From contig CBDDCA010000006.1 in NCBI GenBank assembly GCA_965226055.1, forward strand, positions 288,001 through 352,000: 64,000 nt of DNA, given 5' to 3'. Origin of the DNA: Spirochaetia bacterium. GTDB lineage: Bacteria > Spirochaetota > Spirochaetia > WTKD01 > G963693115. Shown piece after piece: positions 51,627 through 62,199 of this stretch (position 1 is its first letter; each line of letters starts with the position of its first letter). The notes below the pieces were generated by a model. The model saw only the letters and a list, made by a program, of their open reading frames with translations. It was not told where the DNA came from and did not search any database. The translations under genes and the position numbers were made by a program.

Positions 51627-53405
51627 CTATCTGCGTGATATTACTTCAAAAGAAAAAGAAAGCGGAGGCCCATCAGGCTGATTTAATAACACTCCTCCAA
51701 TGGCAAAACTCGCTTTTGCCATTAAGTCAACTGGTGAGAAAAAATGAAACATGAGTCCCGTTCCTACTGAATGCCGAATATTCTCTTCAATCATATCTAC
51801 ACTATCAGCGGCAGAGCCTACATCATAAAAAGAAAAATTTTCAAGTGCAAAAATGCCAGATCTAAACAAACCGAGCCTATATTCAACGCTTCCCATAAAT
51901 CCTTTTTCTCCTATTGAAACGGTCTCATCATACGCACCTCTACGATAAAGATTGATAAACAGAGTATCATAAAAATAGTTATTCAAATTTACCTTAGCAA
52001 CAAAAGGATTTTTCTCAGATACAAGATTAGTTGCTACTCCTGTTTTTACACGAATTGCCTGATCTATCCCTAAAGTAAACCCAACCTGTGCCTCAAAAGT
52101 TCCTGCTACTATATCATAAAAATCCCCTACTGAAAACTCAGGAACAGTTGACTGCAATACCGTGCCTGCCATATATGGCAATTCAAAATCTATATAATGA
52201 TCATACATCTCAGTAGCACTAAAACTTTGCTTTATAGCTATCGTATTACGAGTATCAAGGGTATACATTCCTTGATTAGGAGCGGGTAATCCTACATGCT
52301 GTATTGCAGCAGTATCATTCTTTGAGTTTTCCAATGTGTAAGTACCCAGCGATCCTATAGCACTACTAAAACGAAAAGGAGCTATAGACACTCCTATATG
52401 TGGCATTATTCCGTACAGTAAGGAATTCCATTTTAACTTACTATCAAGCTGTGGCAACAACCAGTAGAACAATGTAGTAGCACCAAAGTCTAAAAATACT
52501 CTGGAATAAGAATCTTCTGTTGCTCCTACATTGACACCTTCATACACAATAAATTGTTCTACTCTATTAGCTCCAATATGATAGAATGTTCTCAGTCCTG
52601 TAGGATGACGAAGCCCAAAGCCTCCGTATGCATTTCCGCCTGTAAAATTGAACAGAAAGCCTTGTTTCACATTTACAAATACTTTTACTTTATGATGCCC
52701 CATTTCATCTTGTTCATCTAAATAAATATAATCTAAGGCACTTTCACTTACATAAAAATAAGGGGACTGCTTAATATTCTGTAAAGACAAATGCAAGGCA
52801 CGCTTCAAATCAAGTACACTCATACTATCACCTTTACGAAATATAACCTCTTTCATGGCTAGTTCGGGTTTTGTAACATTTTTACTTGGAGCAGAAGAAC
52901 GAGCTCCAGGATTAGTGTATGTCGTATTATCTATACTGAGCGTGATATTACTTATCACTACCATATCTGTATCAGCAAGCGATGAGGTATCCTCACTGTT
53001 TTCCTCTACTTCATCAATCAATTCCAAATCATCAAAAGAGAATTCCTCAATATCATCAAGTTCACTCAATGCATTTTCTTCCACTTCAATATCAGATTCC
53101 TGAGCAGATACTATGAAACTACCATACACATACAAAGCAGTAAACAAAAGCAGCATCCCTTTTCTGCTTCCTATGTTTCTCTTTTTTATTAGGAAAAAAG
53201 ACAAAGATAAAATAATAATTATAGAAATAAACATCATCATACATATAATAATAAAATTATCATTAAAAGTCAAGAACAAAAGCAAAAATCGTAAGATATT
53301 TTTCATAAAATATATAAAAATAGCATTTTCTACAAAAATAATACCAAAAAAAGCAACCTCAAAACAATAAAAATGAATAATAAGGTATTTTTTTATAAAA
53401 AACAT
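51627..53405 (-). CDS. Omp85/TamA-like outer-membrane protein (true start probably downstream, ~53157-53241)
   Basis: POTRA-like segment; C-terminal SVEYR...FYDVG...SVGTGL barrel strands; first ~55 codons resemble AT-rich intergenic DNA. Confidence 0.65.
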   Translation of the reverse strand: MFFIKKYLIIHFYCFEVAFFGIIFVENAIFIYFMKNILRFLLLFLTFNDNFIIICMMMFISIIIILSLSFFLIKKRNIGSRKGMLLLFTALYVYGSFIVSAQESDIEVEENALSELDDIEEFSFDDLELIDEVEENSEDTSSLADTDMVVISNITLSIDNTTYTNPGARSSAPSKNVTKPELAMKEVIFRKGDSMSVLDLKRALHLSLQNIKQSPYFYVSESALDYIYLDEQDEMGHHKVKVFVNVKQGFLFNFTGGNAYGGFGLRHPTGLRTFYHIGANRVEQFIVYEGVNVGATEDSYSRVFLDFGATTLFYWLLPQLDSKLKWNSLLYGIMPHIGVSIAPFRFSSAIGSLGTYTLENSKNDTAAIQHVGLPAPNQGMYTLDTRNTIAIKQSFSATEMYDHYIDFELPYMAGTVLQSTVPEFSVGDFYDIVAGTFEAQVGFTLGIDQAIRVKTGVATNLVSEKNPFVAKVNLNNYFYDTLFINLYRRGAYDETVSIGEKGFMGSVEYRLGLFRSGIFALENFSFYDVGSAADSVDMIEENIRHSVGTGLMFHFFSPVDLMAKASFAIGGVLLNQPDGPPLSFSFEVISRR

Positions 53406-53551
53406 ATAGTTAGTTTATTTACTAACTATATATTAAAGAGTAAATTAAAAAATTATAAAAAATATACTATGATTTGAAAAAATAATGCTTATACCTATTG
53501 TGTGATATAAAAATATGAGATACGATTATAGAGAGAAAACAAAGAGATTAT

Positions 53552-54748
53552 TTATTTTTGTTGAGAACTTCGGAAAAGCTGTGCTCTGCTAGCAATTAAT
53601 TTAGTATTTAATACTATTATTTCATTTTCCTTTATTGCAATAATTTCCTTAGTGAAAAGATCGTCAATAACAGAACTTGCTTTTCTTTCATCAACACCAA
53701 TTCTTACGAGAAAATCTGGTAGAGATAATCTAAGCGGAAATATTTTTTGTAAATCATATCCCGGTACTTTTTCCATAAACATTTGTAAGCCATCATATAT
53801 TTTTTCTTCTGCCGTTTTTAATGAAGCGTTGATAATCTGCCTATAGATAAACCATATTCTGTCTGCAAGTACTGTTGTAATTCTTGTAATAATTTTAGGG
53901 TTTCTTTGTACCAATAATGGAAATGTTTGATGATTTATCACCAATAACTCACTTTCGGATGTTGTAATGGCAGAGGCTGTCCTAGGTTTACTTTCCAGAA
54001 GTGCCATCTCCCCAAATAAGTCCCCTTTTTTTAACATTGCAAATATTAGTTCAGAATCATTAGAGATTTTACAAATCTTTACGTTTCCTTCTTGAATAAA
54101 GAACATTGTGTTCCCTTGCAATCCTTCCGCTACAACCATAGTGTTCTTTGGAATCTTTATTGTGCCAGAAGAGGCTTCTTTTACTGTTTTTTTCTGCTCT
54201 TCTGAGAGCTGCGAAATAATAGCATCATGACGTTCCATAGCCTTTTGTGAAAGAGGATTGTCTGGGTTTTGTTGTGCAAGATTAAAGTATGTAAAACAAG
54301 CACTCTGTATTTCTTCATTGGCATCATAATACGATGCTACATCAAACACATGTTGCAAGGAAGGAGCGGTATTTGTTGATTGAAATGATATTTTAGCTAA
54401 AATATGATCAAGAACGCGCATTTTATTTGAAAAGGATCTAATAAATTTCTCAACAAGCGAAGGTCTTTTTTGTATGAGAACATCAAACATATTTTTTTCA
54501 ATAGTTAAAATGACAACATCTGTCTTCGCTATAGCTGTTGATAAGCGCTTATATCCTGTTAATCCAGATTCAACTTCAAAAAAATCACCGGTATTTAGTA
54601 CTTCTCGTGAAAGATCTTTTACTGTAGAGATCCTAGTAAGTAATACCTGTCCTTCTTGAATAATATAGAAACTGCCATTACTTTTCTCACCTTCTACTAC
54701 AATGTATGAACCTTGATTATATCTTGTTGTTTTTACCGCTTCACTCAT
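53552..54748 (-). CDS. Dual cyclic-nucleotide-binding (Crp-like) protein with central TPR
   Basis: Two cNMP domains (FYIIQEG..GDFFE; FFIQEG..GDLFGEMALL..PRTASA). Confidence 0.88.
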   Translation of the reverse strand: MSEAVKTTRYNQGSYIVVEGEKSNGSFYIIQEGQVLLTRISTVKDLSREVLNTGDFFEVESGLTGYKRLSTAIAKTDVVILTIEKNMFDVLIQKRPSLVEKFIRSFSNKMRVLDHILAKISFQSTNTAPSLQHVFDVASYYDANEEIQSACFTYFNLAQQNPDNPLSQKAMERHDAIISQLSEEQKKTVKEASSGTIKIPKNTMVVAEGLQGNTMFFIQEGNVKICKISNDSELIFAMLKKGDLFGEMALLESKPRTASAITTSESELLVINHQTFPLLVQRNPKIITRITTVLADRIWFIYRQIINASLKTAEEKIYDGLQMFMEKVPGYDLQKIFPLRLSLPDFLVRIGVDERKASSVIDDLFTKEIIAIKENEIIVLNTKLIASRAQLFRSSQQK

Positions 54749-54810
54749 GAATTATTTATTGTTTCCCTTTGTTCTCTATACAAAATAATTATATATAGTA
54801 TTCTTTATAA

Positions 54811-56121
54811 TTAGCTTGTATACATAGGAAATCTACTTGTTAACTGGAGTACTGATTTTCCAACAGAATCAATAACACTTTGCTCTCCCTTACTAGACAC
54901 CACAGTAATGATATACTCAGCTATCTCCTGCATTTCTTTTTCTTTCATCCCTCTTGTTGTAAGTGCCTGAACACCAAAACGTATTCCTGAACATACAAAT
55001 GGTGATTCTGTATCAAAAGGAATACCATTTTTATTGGCAGTGATATTTGCATCATCAAGCCAGTTTCCTGCAGCTTTTCCAGTAACATTATATGACGATT
55101 TCACATCTGCTAACATGAGATGATTATCGGTTCCACCACTTACAATACGCATACCCCCGCTCTTTAAATGTTCGGCTAGCGCTTTTGCATTCTTTACTAT
55201 TTGTTGTTGATATGTCTTAAAATTTTCACTTAACGCCTCTTTAAATGAGACGGCTTTTGCTGCAATGATATGCATAAGTGGCCCACCTTGCAATCCAGGA
55301 ATTGTAGCAGAGTTAATAAGTGAAGAATATTTTTTTACTTTCCTTTCCGTTCCAACAGGATATTCCTTGTCTTTTCCTGCTAGTATTAAGCCTCCTCTTG
55401 CTCCCCTTAACGTTTTATGAGTGGTAGTAGTAACTACATCCGCATGCATAATAGGAGATGGATGCAACCCTGTTGCAACAAGTCCAGATATATGAGCTAT
55501 ATCTGCAAGAAGAAGCGCACCAACTTCTTTTGCTATATTTGCAAATTTTTCAAAATCAATAACACGAGAATAGGCAGAAGCTCCTGCTATAATCAGTTTC
55601 GGTCTGTGTTCTTTTGCTAAACGTAAAATTTCATCATAGTTCAATAGTTCTGTTTCTCTATCAACCCCATAATGTACTGCTTTGTATATTTTTCCCGTAA
55701 GACTCACACTTGATCCATGCGTGAGGTGTCCTCCATGTGCTAAATCCATCCCCATAATACAATCGCCTGCATTAAGAAATGCTGAGTATGCTGCTACATT
55801 TGCTGAACTTCCAGAATGAGGTTGTACATTCGCATACTCAGCACCGAAAAGCTTTTTTGCTCGTTCTATAGCAAGGTATTCAACTTGATCAATTACCTCA
55901 CAGCCACCGTAATAGCGATTACCATAATATCCTTCAGCATACTTATTGGTCAATACCGAAGATGCTGCTTCTAATACTGCCCGACTTACAAAATTTTCAC
56001 TGGCAATCATCTCCAGTTTATTTCGTTGACGCAGTTCTTCTTTATGTATAAGATCATATATTTCTGAATCAGCTTCAGATAATGGTAATTGTTTTTCATT
56101 ATATTTCTGGTGTATACTCAT
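54811..56121 (-). CDS. glyA: Serine hydroxymethyltransferase
   Basis: [36 protein letters not shown]. Confidence 0.98.
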   Translation of the reverse strand: MSIHQKYNEKQLPLSEADSEIYDLIHKEELRQRNKLEMIASENFVSRAVLEAASSVLTNKYAEGYYGNRYYGGCEVIDQVEYLAIERAKKLFGAEYANVQPHSGSSANVAAYSAFLNAGDCIMGMDLAHGGHLTHGSSVSLTGKIYKAVHYGVDRETELLNYDEILRLAKEHRPKLIIAGASAYSRVIDFEKFANIAKEVGALLLADIAHISGLVATGLHPSPIMHADVVTTTTHKTLRGARGGLILAGKDKEYPVGTERKVKKYSSLINSATIPGLQGGPLMHIIAAKAVSFKEALSENFKTYQQQIVKNAKALAEHLKSGGMRIVSGGTDNHLMLADVKSSYNVTGKAAGNWLDDANITANKNGIPFDTESPFVCSGIRFGVQALTTRGMKEKEMQEIAEYIITVVSSKGEQSVIDSVGKSVLQLTSRFPMYTS

Positions 56122-56197
56122 AGTTCTATTATACAGTATTTTTACAATTTTTGTTCGTACAGTTGCAGAGAAACCACTACTACAATATCATAAATAT

Positions 56198-58150
56198 ATG
56201 TCTCTTACAACAACAGTGAGCTTGCTCTGTAAGCAACTGCAAGTAGATGCATGTTTCATACTGGGAAGTGATTTGCATGCACTTGAAAACCCCGTGTTTC
56301 CTTTTCACTTTCGACATATGTTGAGTGGATTTACAGGATCTGCAGGGACCCTTGTGTGTACTTCTACAGGAGAGCATATGCTGTTTTCCGATGGACGTTA
56401 CGAACAAGCATTACAGAGACAGAAATTACCGTATCATATCAGATCTGAGAGAGATTGGGATAGTCAAATGATGTGGCTGAGTCAACACAAAAACATTCAT
56501 AGAGTCGGACTGTGCAGCTATCAATGTAATCATACACAGTTCTCCTCTCTCCGTATGCTTGCAAAAAAAGCATCGTTCTTACTGATACCACTTTCATTAC
56601 AAAAGCTCATCATAGCAAGTATACACGCAAGTAGCAAATATGCACGCTATTACGAACACTATGACTATAGCCTAAAAAAAACTACACACTCCACAGAGAG
56701 TACTGTATGTATTCCATTACCCAAACAATTAGTACTGACTCATCCTCATAGTATTCATGACAGGACTGTAATTTCTAGCACTCTCTCACACAATACAATA
56801 AGCCCTCTACAGCGTATTATATCATTCTTACAGAAACAAAACCTTACGGCTTATTTTACTACTCAGCTCCATGAAATTGCATATCTTCTAGGGGTACGCG
56901 GAAACATGCAAGAGTATATGCTATTTCCTGCAATGATGCTTTTATGTATGGAACATCCTTTAGAACAGGAACATATAACCACAGATACCGTACAAAAGAT
57001 GAACATAAAGATAGTGCTATGGATACCACAAAAGATGCAACATACAAAAAATATACACATAATACAAAAACAGATACGGTTACAATTAAACACATCTATA
57101 CCACTCATTATTAAACACTATGAAGAAGCATTATATAATATGCCTGAACACATATACCCATTCTTCACACAAACATCATCGGTTGCTGTTGATACTTCTA
57201 TCGTACCCAGCGTGATATGTAACACTATGAATGTATCAAAGTATAAAAAAAATATAAAAAAAATTATATCTCCTATAAAAAAATGGCGTTCAATATATGC
57301 TCCTTCCCATATTCGTTCTCTTAAAAAAGTACTCACATTTGATACTATTGCCCTATTAGAAAGTGTTGCTCTTATGTACGCTCATTTACAACAAAACACT
57401 ACGATAACAGAATCTCAAGTAGAGGACTACCTATTACAATATAAAAAACAATGTCCTCAGTTTGTTCAATCTAGCTTTAACACTATAGCTGCTGTGGGCA
57501 AAAATAGCACACTGCCTCATTATAATCCAAACAAAAGCAGAAAAAAATTGTCTATACAACAACCTTTGCTCATTGACTGTGGTTCACACTATAGGTTTGG
57601 TACTACCGATATCACTCGAGTGTTTTACTTTGACAACAGCCCTCCACCCTTACTTGTAGAAGATTATACTCTTGTCTTAAAAGCTCATATTACCCTTGTA
57701 CTTTCACAGTTTTCCTCTCAAACAACAGGAAAAAAAATTGATGCAAAAATAAAGAAAGTATTTGCACACTATGAAAGAACATGTAACCACGGTATTGGAC
57801 ATGGAGTAGGATTTTGTAGCGATGTACATGACGGATATTTTACTATCGGACAACATTCATCAAGTACTCCTGCAGATTCTCTTGTACTGAGCAATGAACC
57901 AGGATATTATCGAATTGGGAAATGGGGCATACGACTTGAAAACCTCATAATGTCCCATATCAAAGATACAACCCTCACATTCTCAACTTTAACCTATTTT
58001 CCTTTTCAAGAAACCCTTATTGATAGATCTCTTCTTACAGTACAAGAGATACAATGGCTTGATACATACCAAAGAGCATGTAAAAAAAACTATATGCACA
58101 CTCTCAGTAAACGAGCAAAAGCATTTCTTACTATGCTGATACAGTGCTAG
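56198..58150 (+). CDS. Xaa-Pro aminopeptidase (M24B), divergent
   Basis: SGFTGSAG, DGRY, IDCGSHY..GTTDITR, HGIGHGVG, SNEPGYY, GIRLEN. Confidence 0.9.
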   Translation: MSLTTTVSLLCKQLQVDACFILGSDLHALENPVFPFHFRHMLSGFTGSAGTLVCTSTGEHMLFSDGRYEQALQRQKLPYHIRSERDWDSQMMWLSQHKNIHRVGLCSYQCNHTQFSSLRMLAKKASFLLIPLSLQKLIIASIHASSKYARYYEHYDYSLKKTTHSTESTVCIPLPKQLVLTHPHSIHDRTVISSTLSHNTISPLQRIISFLQKQNLTAYFTTQLHEIAYLLGVRGNMQEYMLFPAMMLLCMEHPLEQEHITTDTVQKMNIKIVLWIPQKMQHTKNIHIIQKQIRLQLNTSIPLIIKHYEEALYNMPEHIYPFFTQTSSVAVDTSIVPSVICNTMNVSKYKKNIKKIISPIKKWRSIYAPSHIRSLKKVLTFDTIALLESVALMYAHLQQNTTITESQVEDYLLQYKKQCPQFVQSSFNTIAAVGKNSTLPHYNPNKSRKKLSIQQPLLIDCGSHYRFGTTDITRVFYFDNSPPPLLVEDYTLVLKAHITLVLSQFSSQTTGKKIDAKIKKVFAHYERTCNHGIGHGVGFCSDVHDGYFTIGQHSSSTPADSLVLSNEPGYYRIGKWGIRLENLIMSHIKDTTLTFSTLTYFPFQETLIDRSLLTVQEIQWLDTYQRACKKNYMHTLSKRAKAFLTMLIQC

Positions 58151-58164
58151 TATAATTATTATAG

Positions 58165-59484
58165 TTATCGTACAGGAACGATGAAAGGATAGAGCTTTAC
58201 CTTTTCGAGCTTGAATTTTTCATATATTGCATCAACATTCAAGCCATCTCTCGGTGGTAGGTGTGGAGGGGCATCTCCTACTAAAAAGACAATACGTTCT
58301 TGTGATAACCATGTAAAATTTTCCGCAGCTACTTTCATTGCTTCATGCACTGATTCAGGCCAATCGCCTCCGTGTATTGCTCGTGCTACTCCTAATTTTT
58401 TCTGTAAAAGAGGAAGCTGACTTTTATCAATAAAGTTAATTTCACTAATTTCGTATTCATTATCATCTTTGTCTCTATAATATACAAGCCCCATTCTAAA
58501 ACTCCTATCACTTAGTTTACTTTGTAGCAAAGGAACAAGCGAAGACTTAACAGCAGTAATATCATCCCACATGCTCTTTGTTGTATCAAGAAGAACAATA
58601 ACATCTATAGACTTTTCTGGATCCACATCTTGCATAATAGCGACAATACTCTTAGGAATATCAATGCTTCTTTCTATAAATAGAGGGGTGGTATTCATTC
58701 TTTCTGCAATTTCAGTAAAAGCATCTACTGTTTCATCAGAATATCGCGAGGTATCTTGAAACAATAAGAGTTTAGAAAGTTCTCTATTAGTAGTAACAAT
58801 ATTATTATCTCTTGCTATACTCGTGTCAATATCTTCCTCTGCTTCTTCTCCTATTGGCAAAGTACCTATCACAGATGGAGGGGCACTAGGAACAGCTTTT
58901 GGTTTCACTAACTTCTCTATGAATGGTATTTCAGGAGGCTCTGCAACTGCATCTATTTTTCTAATATAAAAAGAATTATCTGCGTATTCTCCCGAATAAT
59001 CTGCGTAGGAATATTCAAATGTTCTAATGTTTATAACATTTGTGCCTCTTGTAAAATCAAGAGTTCCATTGCGAGTACTCTTATAGCCATATGTTACTTG
59101 GTATGGCAAAAATAATATAAATGCTTCTTGTAAGAATGTATCATCAAAAACAACACTACTATCAATAATAAAATAACCATCGCGTAATTGAATGTACTGC
59201 CCATTTAGTAAACGTCTCTCATCAGAGTTATAGATATTGTATTCAGATGTCTGTAATGCATAGGTATTAACATCTAAGTTAATGGGGTTTTCAGCAGATT
59301 CAGTAAGCATTACAGAACCAATGCCAGACTTAGCTCGTACATATATGAGTAAGCCTTCATCATTAGGACTTTCTTCTACTCTTACATCACTAGCACTTAA
59401 TAGTAGCTGAGGGGACACTTTTTGAGCAAACAATGTTGATATTATTCCTACTAGCAGTAAGGTACTTATTATTACAATCCTCAT
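58165..59484 (-). CDS. Exported VWA-domain protein
   Basis: Signal peptide; LLDTTKSM MIDAS, YYRD, GGDWPES, VGDAPPH. Confidence 0.85.
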   Translation of the reverse strand: MRIVIISTLLLVGIISTLFAQKVSPQLLLSASDVRVEESPNDEGLLIYVRAKSGIGSVMLTESAENPINLDVNTYALQTSEYNIYNSDERRLLNGQYIQLRDGYFIIDSSVVFDDTFLQEAFILFLPYQVTYGYKSTRNGTLDFTRGTNVINIRTFEYSYADYSGEYADNSFYIRKIDAVAEPPEIPFIEKLVKPKAVPSAPPSVIGTLPIGEEAEEDIDTSIARDNNIVTTNRELSKLLLFQDTSRYSDETVDAFTEIAERMNTTPLFIERSIDIPKSIVAIMQDVDPEKSIDVIVLLDTTKSMWDDITAVKSSLVPLLQSKLSDRSFRMGLVYYRDKDDNEYEISEINFIDKSQLPLLQKKLGVARAIHGGDWPESVHEAMKVAAENFTWLSQERIVFLVGDAPPHLPPRDGLNVDAIYEKFKLEKVKLYPFIVPVR

Positions 59485-59615
59485 CTGTATATCATTTTCG
59501 GCATATTTTTGACAAATAATTATGCATAATTAAAAATAAACAAGCATATTCTGTACATATAATATAGCTATAGTATCTTTTCCATAAAAAAGACATATTT
59601 TGTTATAATAAACAT

Positions 59616-61910
59616 ATGATATTAACAAATAACTATATTAGTAACTTTTATAATGAGTTACATCATAAATACAAGCAGCTACGAAACTTTCATCGTACTC
59701 CTCTCACTTTTGCAGAAAAGATATTACTTACTCATACATTTTCTGAGATACAAGAGAACGGTCCAGTACGAGGAAAAGAGCATGCATATTTTCGCCCTGA
59801 TAGAGTAATTATGCAAGATGCTACTGCTCAAATGGCATTGTTGCAATTTATGCAATCAAAACTAAAAAAAGTTACTTTACCAGCGAGTGTTCACTGTGAT
59901 CACCTTATTCTTGCAAAGCAAAATGCATTACTTGATTTAGATAATGCAAAAGTACAAAATAAAGAAATATATGATTTCTTACTGAGTGTATGCCAGAAAT
60001 ACGGACTTGATTTCTGGGAACCGGGAGCGGGCATTATTCATCAAGTAACCTTAGAAAACTATGCTCTTCCAGGCATGATGATTATTGGTACTGACTCGCA
60101 TACTCCAAATGCAGGGGGCATGGGAAGCATTGCAGTAGGAGTTGGTGGTGCTGATGCAGTTGATGCTCTTGTTGGTATGCCATGGGAACTGCTGATGCCT
60201 CGACTTATTGGAGTGAAGCTCACTGGCACCTTATCAAAATGGTGTTCCCCTAAAGATATTATCTTAAAACTTGCAGGAGAACTTACCGTAAAAGGAGGTA
60301 CAGGGTATATCATTGAATACTTTGGAGAAGGAGTACAATCGCTTTCTTGTACTGGGCGTGCAACTATAGGGAACATGGGGGCCGAAGTTGGTGCTACTAC
60401 CTCTCTCTTTCCTGTGGATAGCAATGTATTAGAATACCTTTCTCTCACTGATAGAGCAAAAGCAGCTGAGCTTGCTTCTCAATATAGTGATATATTACAG
60501 GCTGATGCTGAAGTAACACAAAACCCAAAAGATTTTTATGACAAAGTTATAGAGATACACCTTGATAGTTTAGAGCCTTTTATTAACGGTCCTTATTCAC
60601 CTGACAAAGCAACTCCTATTTCGGAATTTGCTGACTTTATACAAAAGAACAATTATCCTACAAAAGTAAGTGCTGCACTTATAGGATCTTGCACTAACTC
60701 TTCATATGAAGACCTTAGTCGTGTACATTCCCTCCTTGTACAAGCACAACAAAAACAATTACCACTACAATCTCCTCTATGGCTCTCTCCTGGATCAGAA
60801 AATATTTATGATATTATCAAAAACAATGGCTATCTTTCCTTATTTGAAAGTTTTGGTACAAATGTATTGGCAAATGCTTGTGGTCCTTGTATTGGTCAAT
60901 GGAAACGTACTGATATACAAGAAGAAGAAGCTAACTCTATTATCAATTCTTTTAATCGCAATTTTGCAAAACGTGCTGATGGTAACCCAAATACTCATTC
61001 ATTTGTAACTTCACCAGAAATTGTAACGGCTATGGCGTTATCTGGTACATTGCTTTTTAATCCACTTACTGATACAATAAAGAACAAACAGAATGAAGAT
61101 GTATTTCTTACCCCTCCTGGAACAGTAGCTCCTCCATCAAAGGAACTGTTACAGATGATATTCGGAAATAAACCGAAAGGCTTCATACCAGAACTCTCTG
61201 ACGAACAAACACAAAACAAAATTGAAGTAAATATAGCGAAAGATTCAGAGCGTCTTCAAGCACTTGCTCCGTTTGATGTTTGGGATGGCAAAGATTTTTC
61301 TCATCTTCATTTGCTCATTAAAGCAAAAGGAAAGTGTACTACCGATCACATATCAATGGCTGGTCCTTGGCTACGCTATCGTGGACACTTAGAAAATATA
61401 TCACGAAATCTTCTTATTGGAGCAGTAAATGCGTTCAATGATAAAACAAACTATATATACAATCCCATAAAACAAGAATATCAACAAGTGGAAAAAGTTA
61501 CCGCTGACTATAAAACAGCACATAAAAGCCTTATCATCGTTGGTGACGAAAACTATGGAGAAGGATCTTCTCGAGAGCATGCTGCTATGGAACCACGATT
61601 CATGGGAGTCAAAGTGGTGTTAGTAAAATCTTTTGCTCGTATTCATGAGACAAATCTAAAAAAACAGGGTATTCTTCCTTTATTGTTTATTGACAGTGCA
61701 GATTATGAAAAAATACAAGAACATGACATTATTGATGTGAGCGGGGTTAGTACTATCACTCCTAATTCCATCGTTAGCGTTACCTTGCATCATACCGATG
61801 GAAGTTCTGAATTGATTGAAACAAGGCATACCATGAACAATGCTCAAATAGAATGGTTCAAAAATGGTTCTGCTCTTAATGTAATAAAAAACACCTTACA
61901 GACACCATAA
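59616..61910 (+). CDS. Aconitate hydratase (mitochondrial-like type)
   Basis: RPDRV.MQDATAQMA, HCDH, DSHT, GSCTNSSYED, NACGPCIGQW, NRNF, GSSREHAA. Confidence 0.96.
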   Translation: MILTNNYISNFYNELHHKYKQLRNFHRTPLTFAEKILLTHTFSEIQENGPVRGKEHAYFRPDRVIMQDATAQMALLQFMQSKLKKVTLPASVHCDHLILAKQNALLDLDNAKVQNKEIYDFLLSVCQKYGLDFWEPGAGIIHQVTLENYALPGMMIIGTDSHTPNAGGMGSIAVGVGGADAVDALVGMPWELLMPRLIGVKLTGTLSKWCSPKDIILKLAGELTVKGGTGYIIEYFGEGVQSLSCTGRATIGNMGAEVGATTSLFPVDSNVLEYLSLTDRAKAAELASQYSDILQADAEVTQNPKDFYDKVIEIHLDSLEPFINGPYSPDKATPISEFADFIQKNNYPTKVSAALIGSCTNSSYEDLSRVHSLLVQAQQKQLPLQSPLWLSPGSENIYDIIKNNGYLSLFESFGTNVLANACGPCIGQWKRTDIQEEEANSIINSFNRNFAKRADGNPNTHSFVTSPEIVTAMALSGTLLFNPLTDTIKNKQNEDVFLTPPGTVAPPSKELLQMIFGNKPKGFIPELSDEQTQNKIEVNIAKDSERLQALAPFDVWDGKDFSHLHLLIKAKGKCTTDHISMAGPWLRYRGHLENISRNLLIGAVNAFNDKTNYIYNPIKQEYQQVEKVTADYKTAHKSLIIVGDENYGEGSSREHAAMEPRFMGVKVVLVKSFARIHETNLKKQGILPLLFIDSADYEKIQEHDIIDVSGVSTITPNSIVSVTLHHTDGSSELIETRHTMNNAQIEWFKNGSALNVIKNTLQTP

Positions 61911-61928
61911 TTTGTTATAATGGTGGTA

Positions 61929-62015
61929 GGAGAGGTGACCGAGTGGCTTAAGGAGCACGCTTGGAAAGCGTGTGTACTTGAAAAAGTACCGAGGGTTCGA
62001 ATCCCTCTCTCTCCG
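61929..62015 (+). tRNA. tRNA-Ser(GGA), CCA not encoded
   Basis: GGAGAGG/TCTCTCC acceptor stem, CACGC-TTGGAAA-GCGTG anticodon arm, long variable arm, GGTTCGAATCC. Confidence 0.95.
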
Positions 62016-62017
62016 TT

Positions 62018-62143
62018 GGGGCTTTTTAACGACTTGCCAGAGCATTGTTCGTTATACATATCAAATCCCGTCAGATCTGGAAAGAAGCAGCGGTAGATAT
62101 AGTGTAATGGTACAGTTGAATTCGGGCATGAGTTGAAAAGCTC
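62018..62143 (+). ncRNA. ffs: Signal recognition particle RNA (4.5S type)
   Basis: CCGTCAGATCTGGAAAGAAGCAGCGG domain-IV core; complementary ends; located just before dnaX. Confidence 0.88.
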
Positions 62144-62199
62144 TTTATTTTATAGTACGCTCATGTATATGATTTCTTATTATGATACCATAAATATAG

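Noticed and set aside
61844-62059. 71-aa minus-strand ORF
   Set aside because: Antisense shadow of tRNA-Ser (GERGIRTLG is the typical tRNA artefact)
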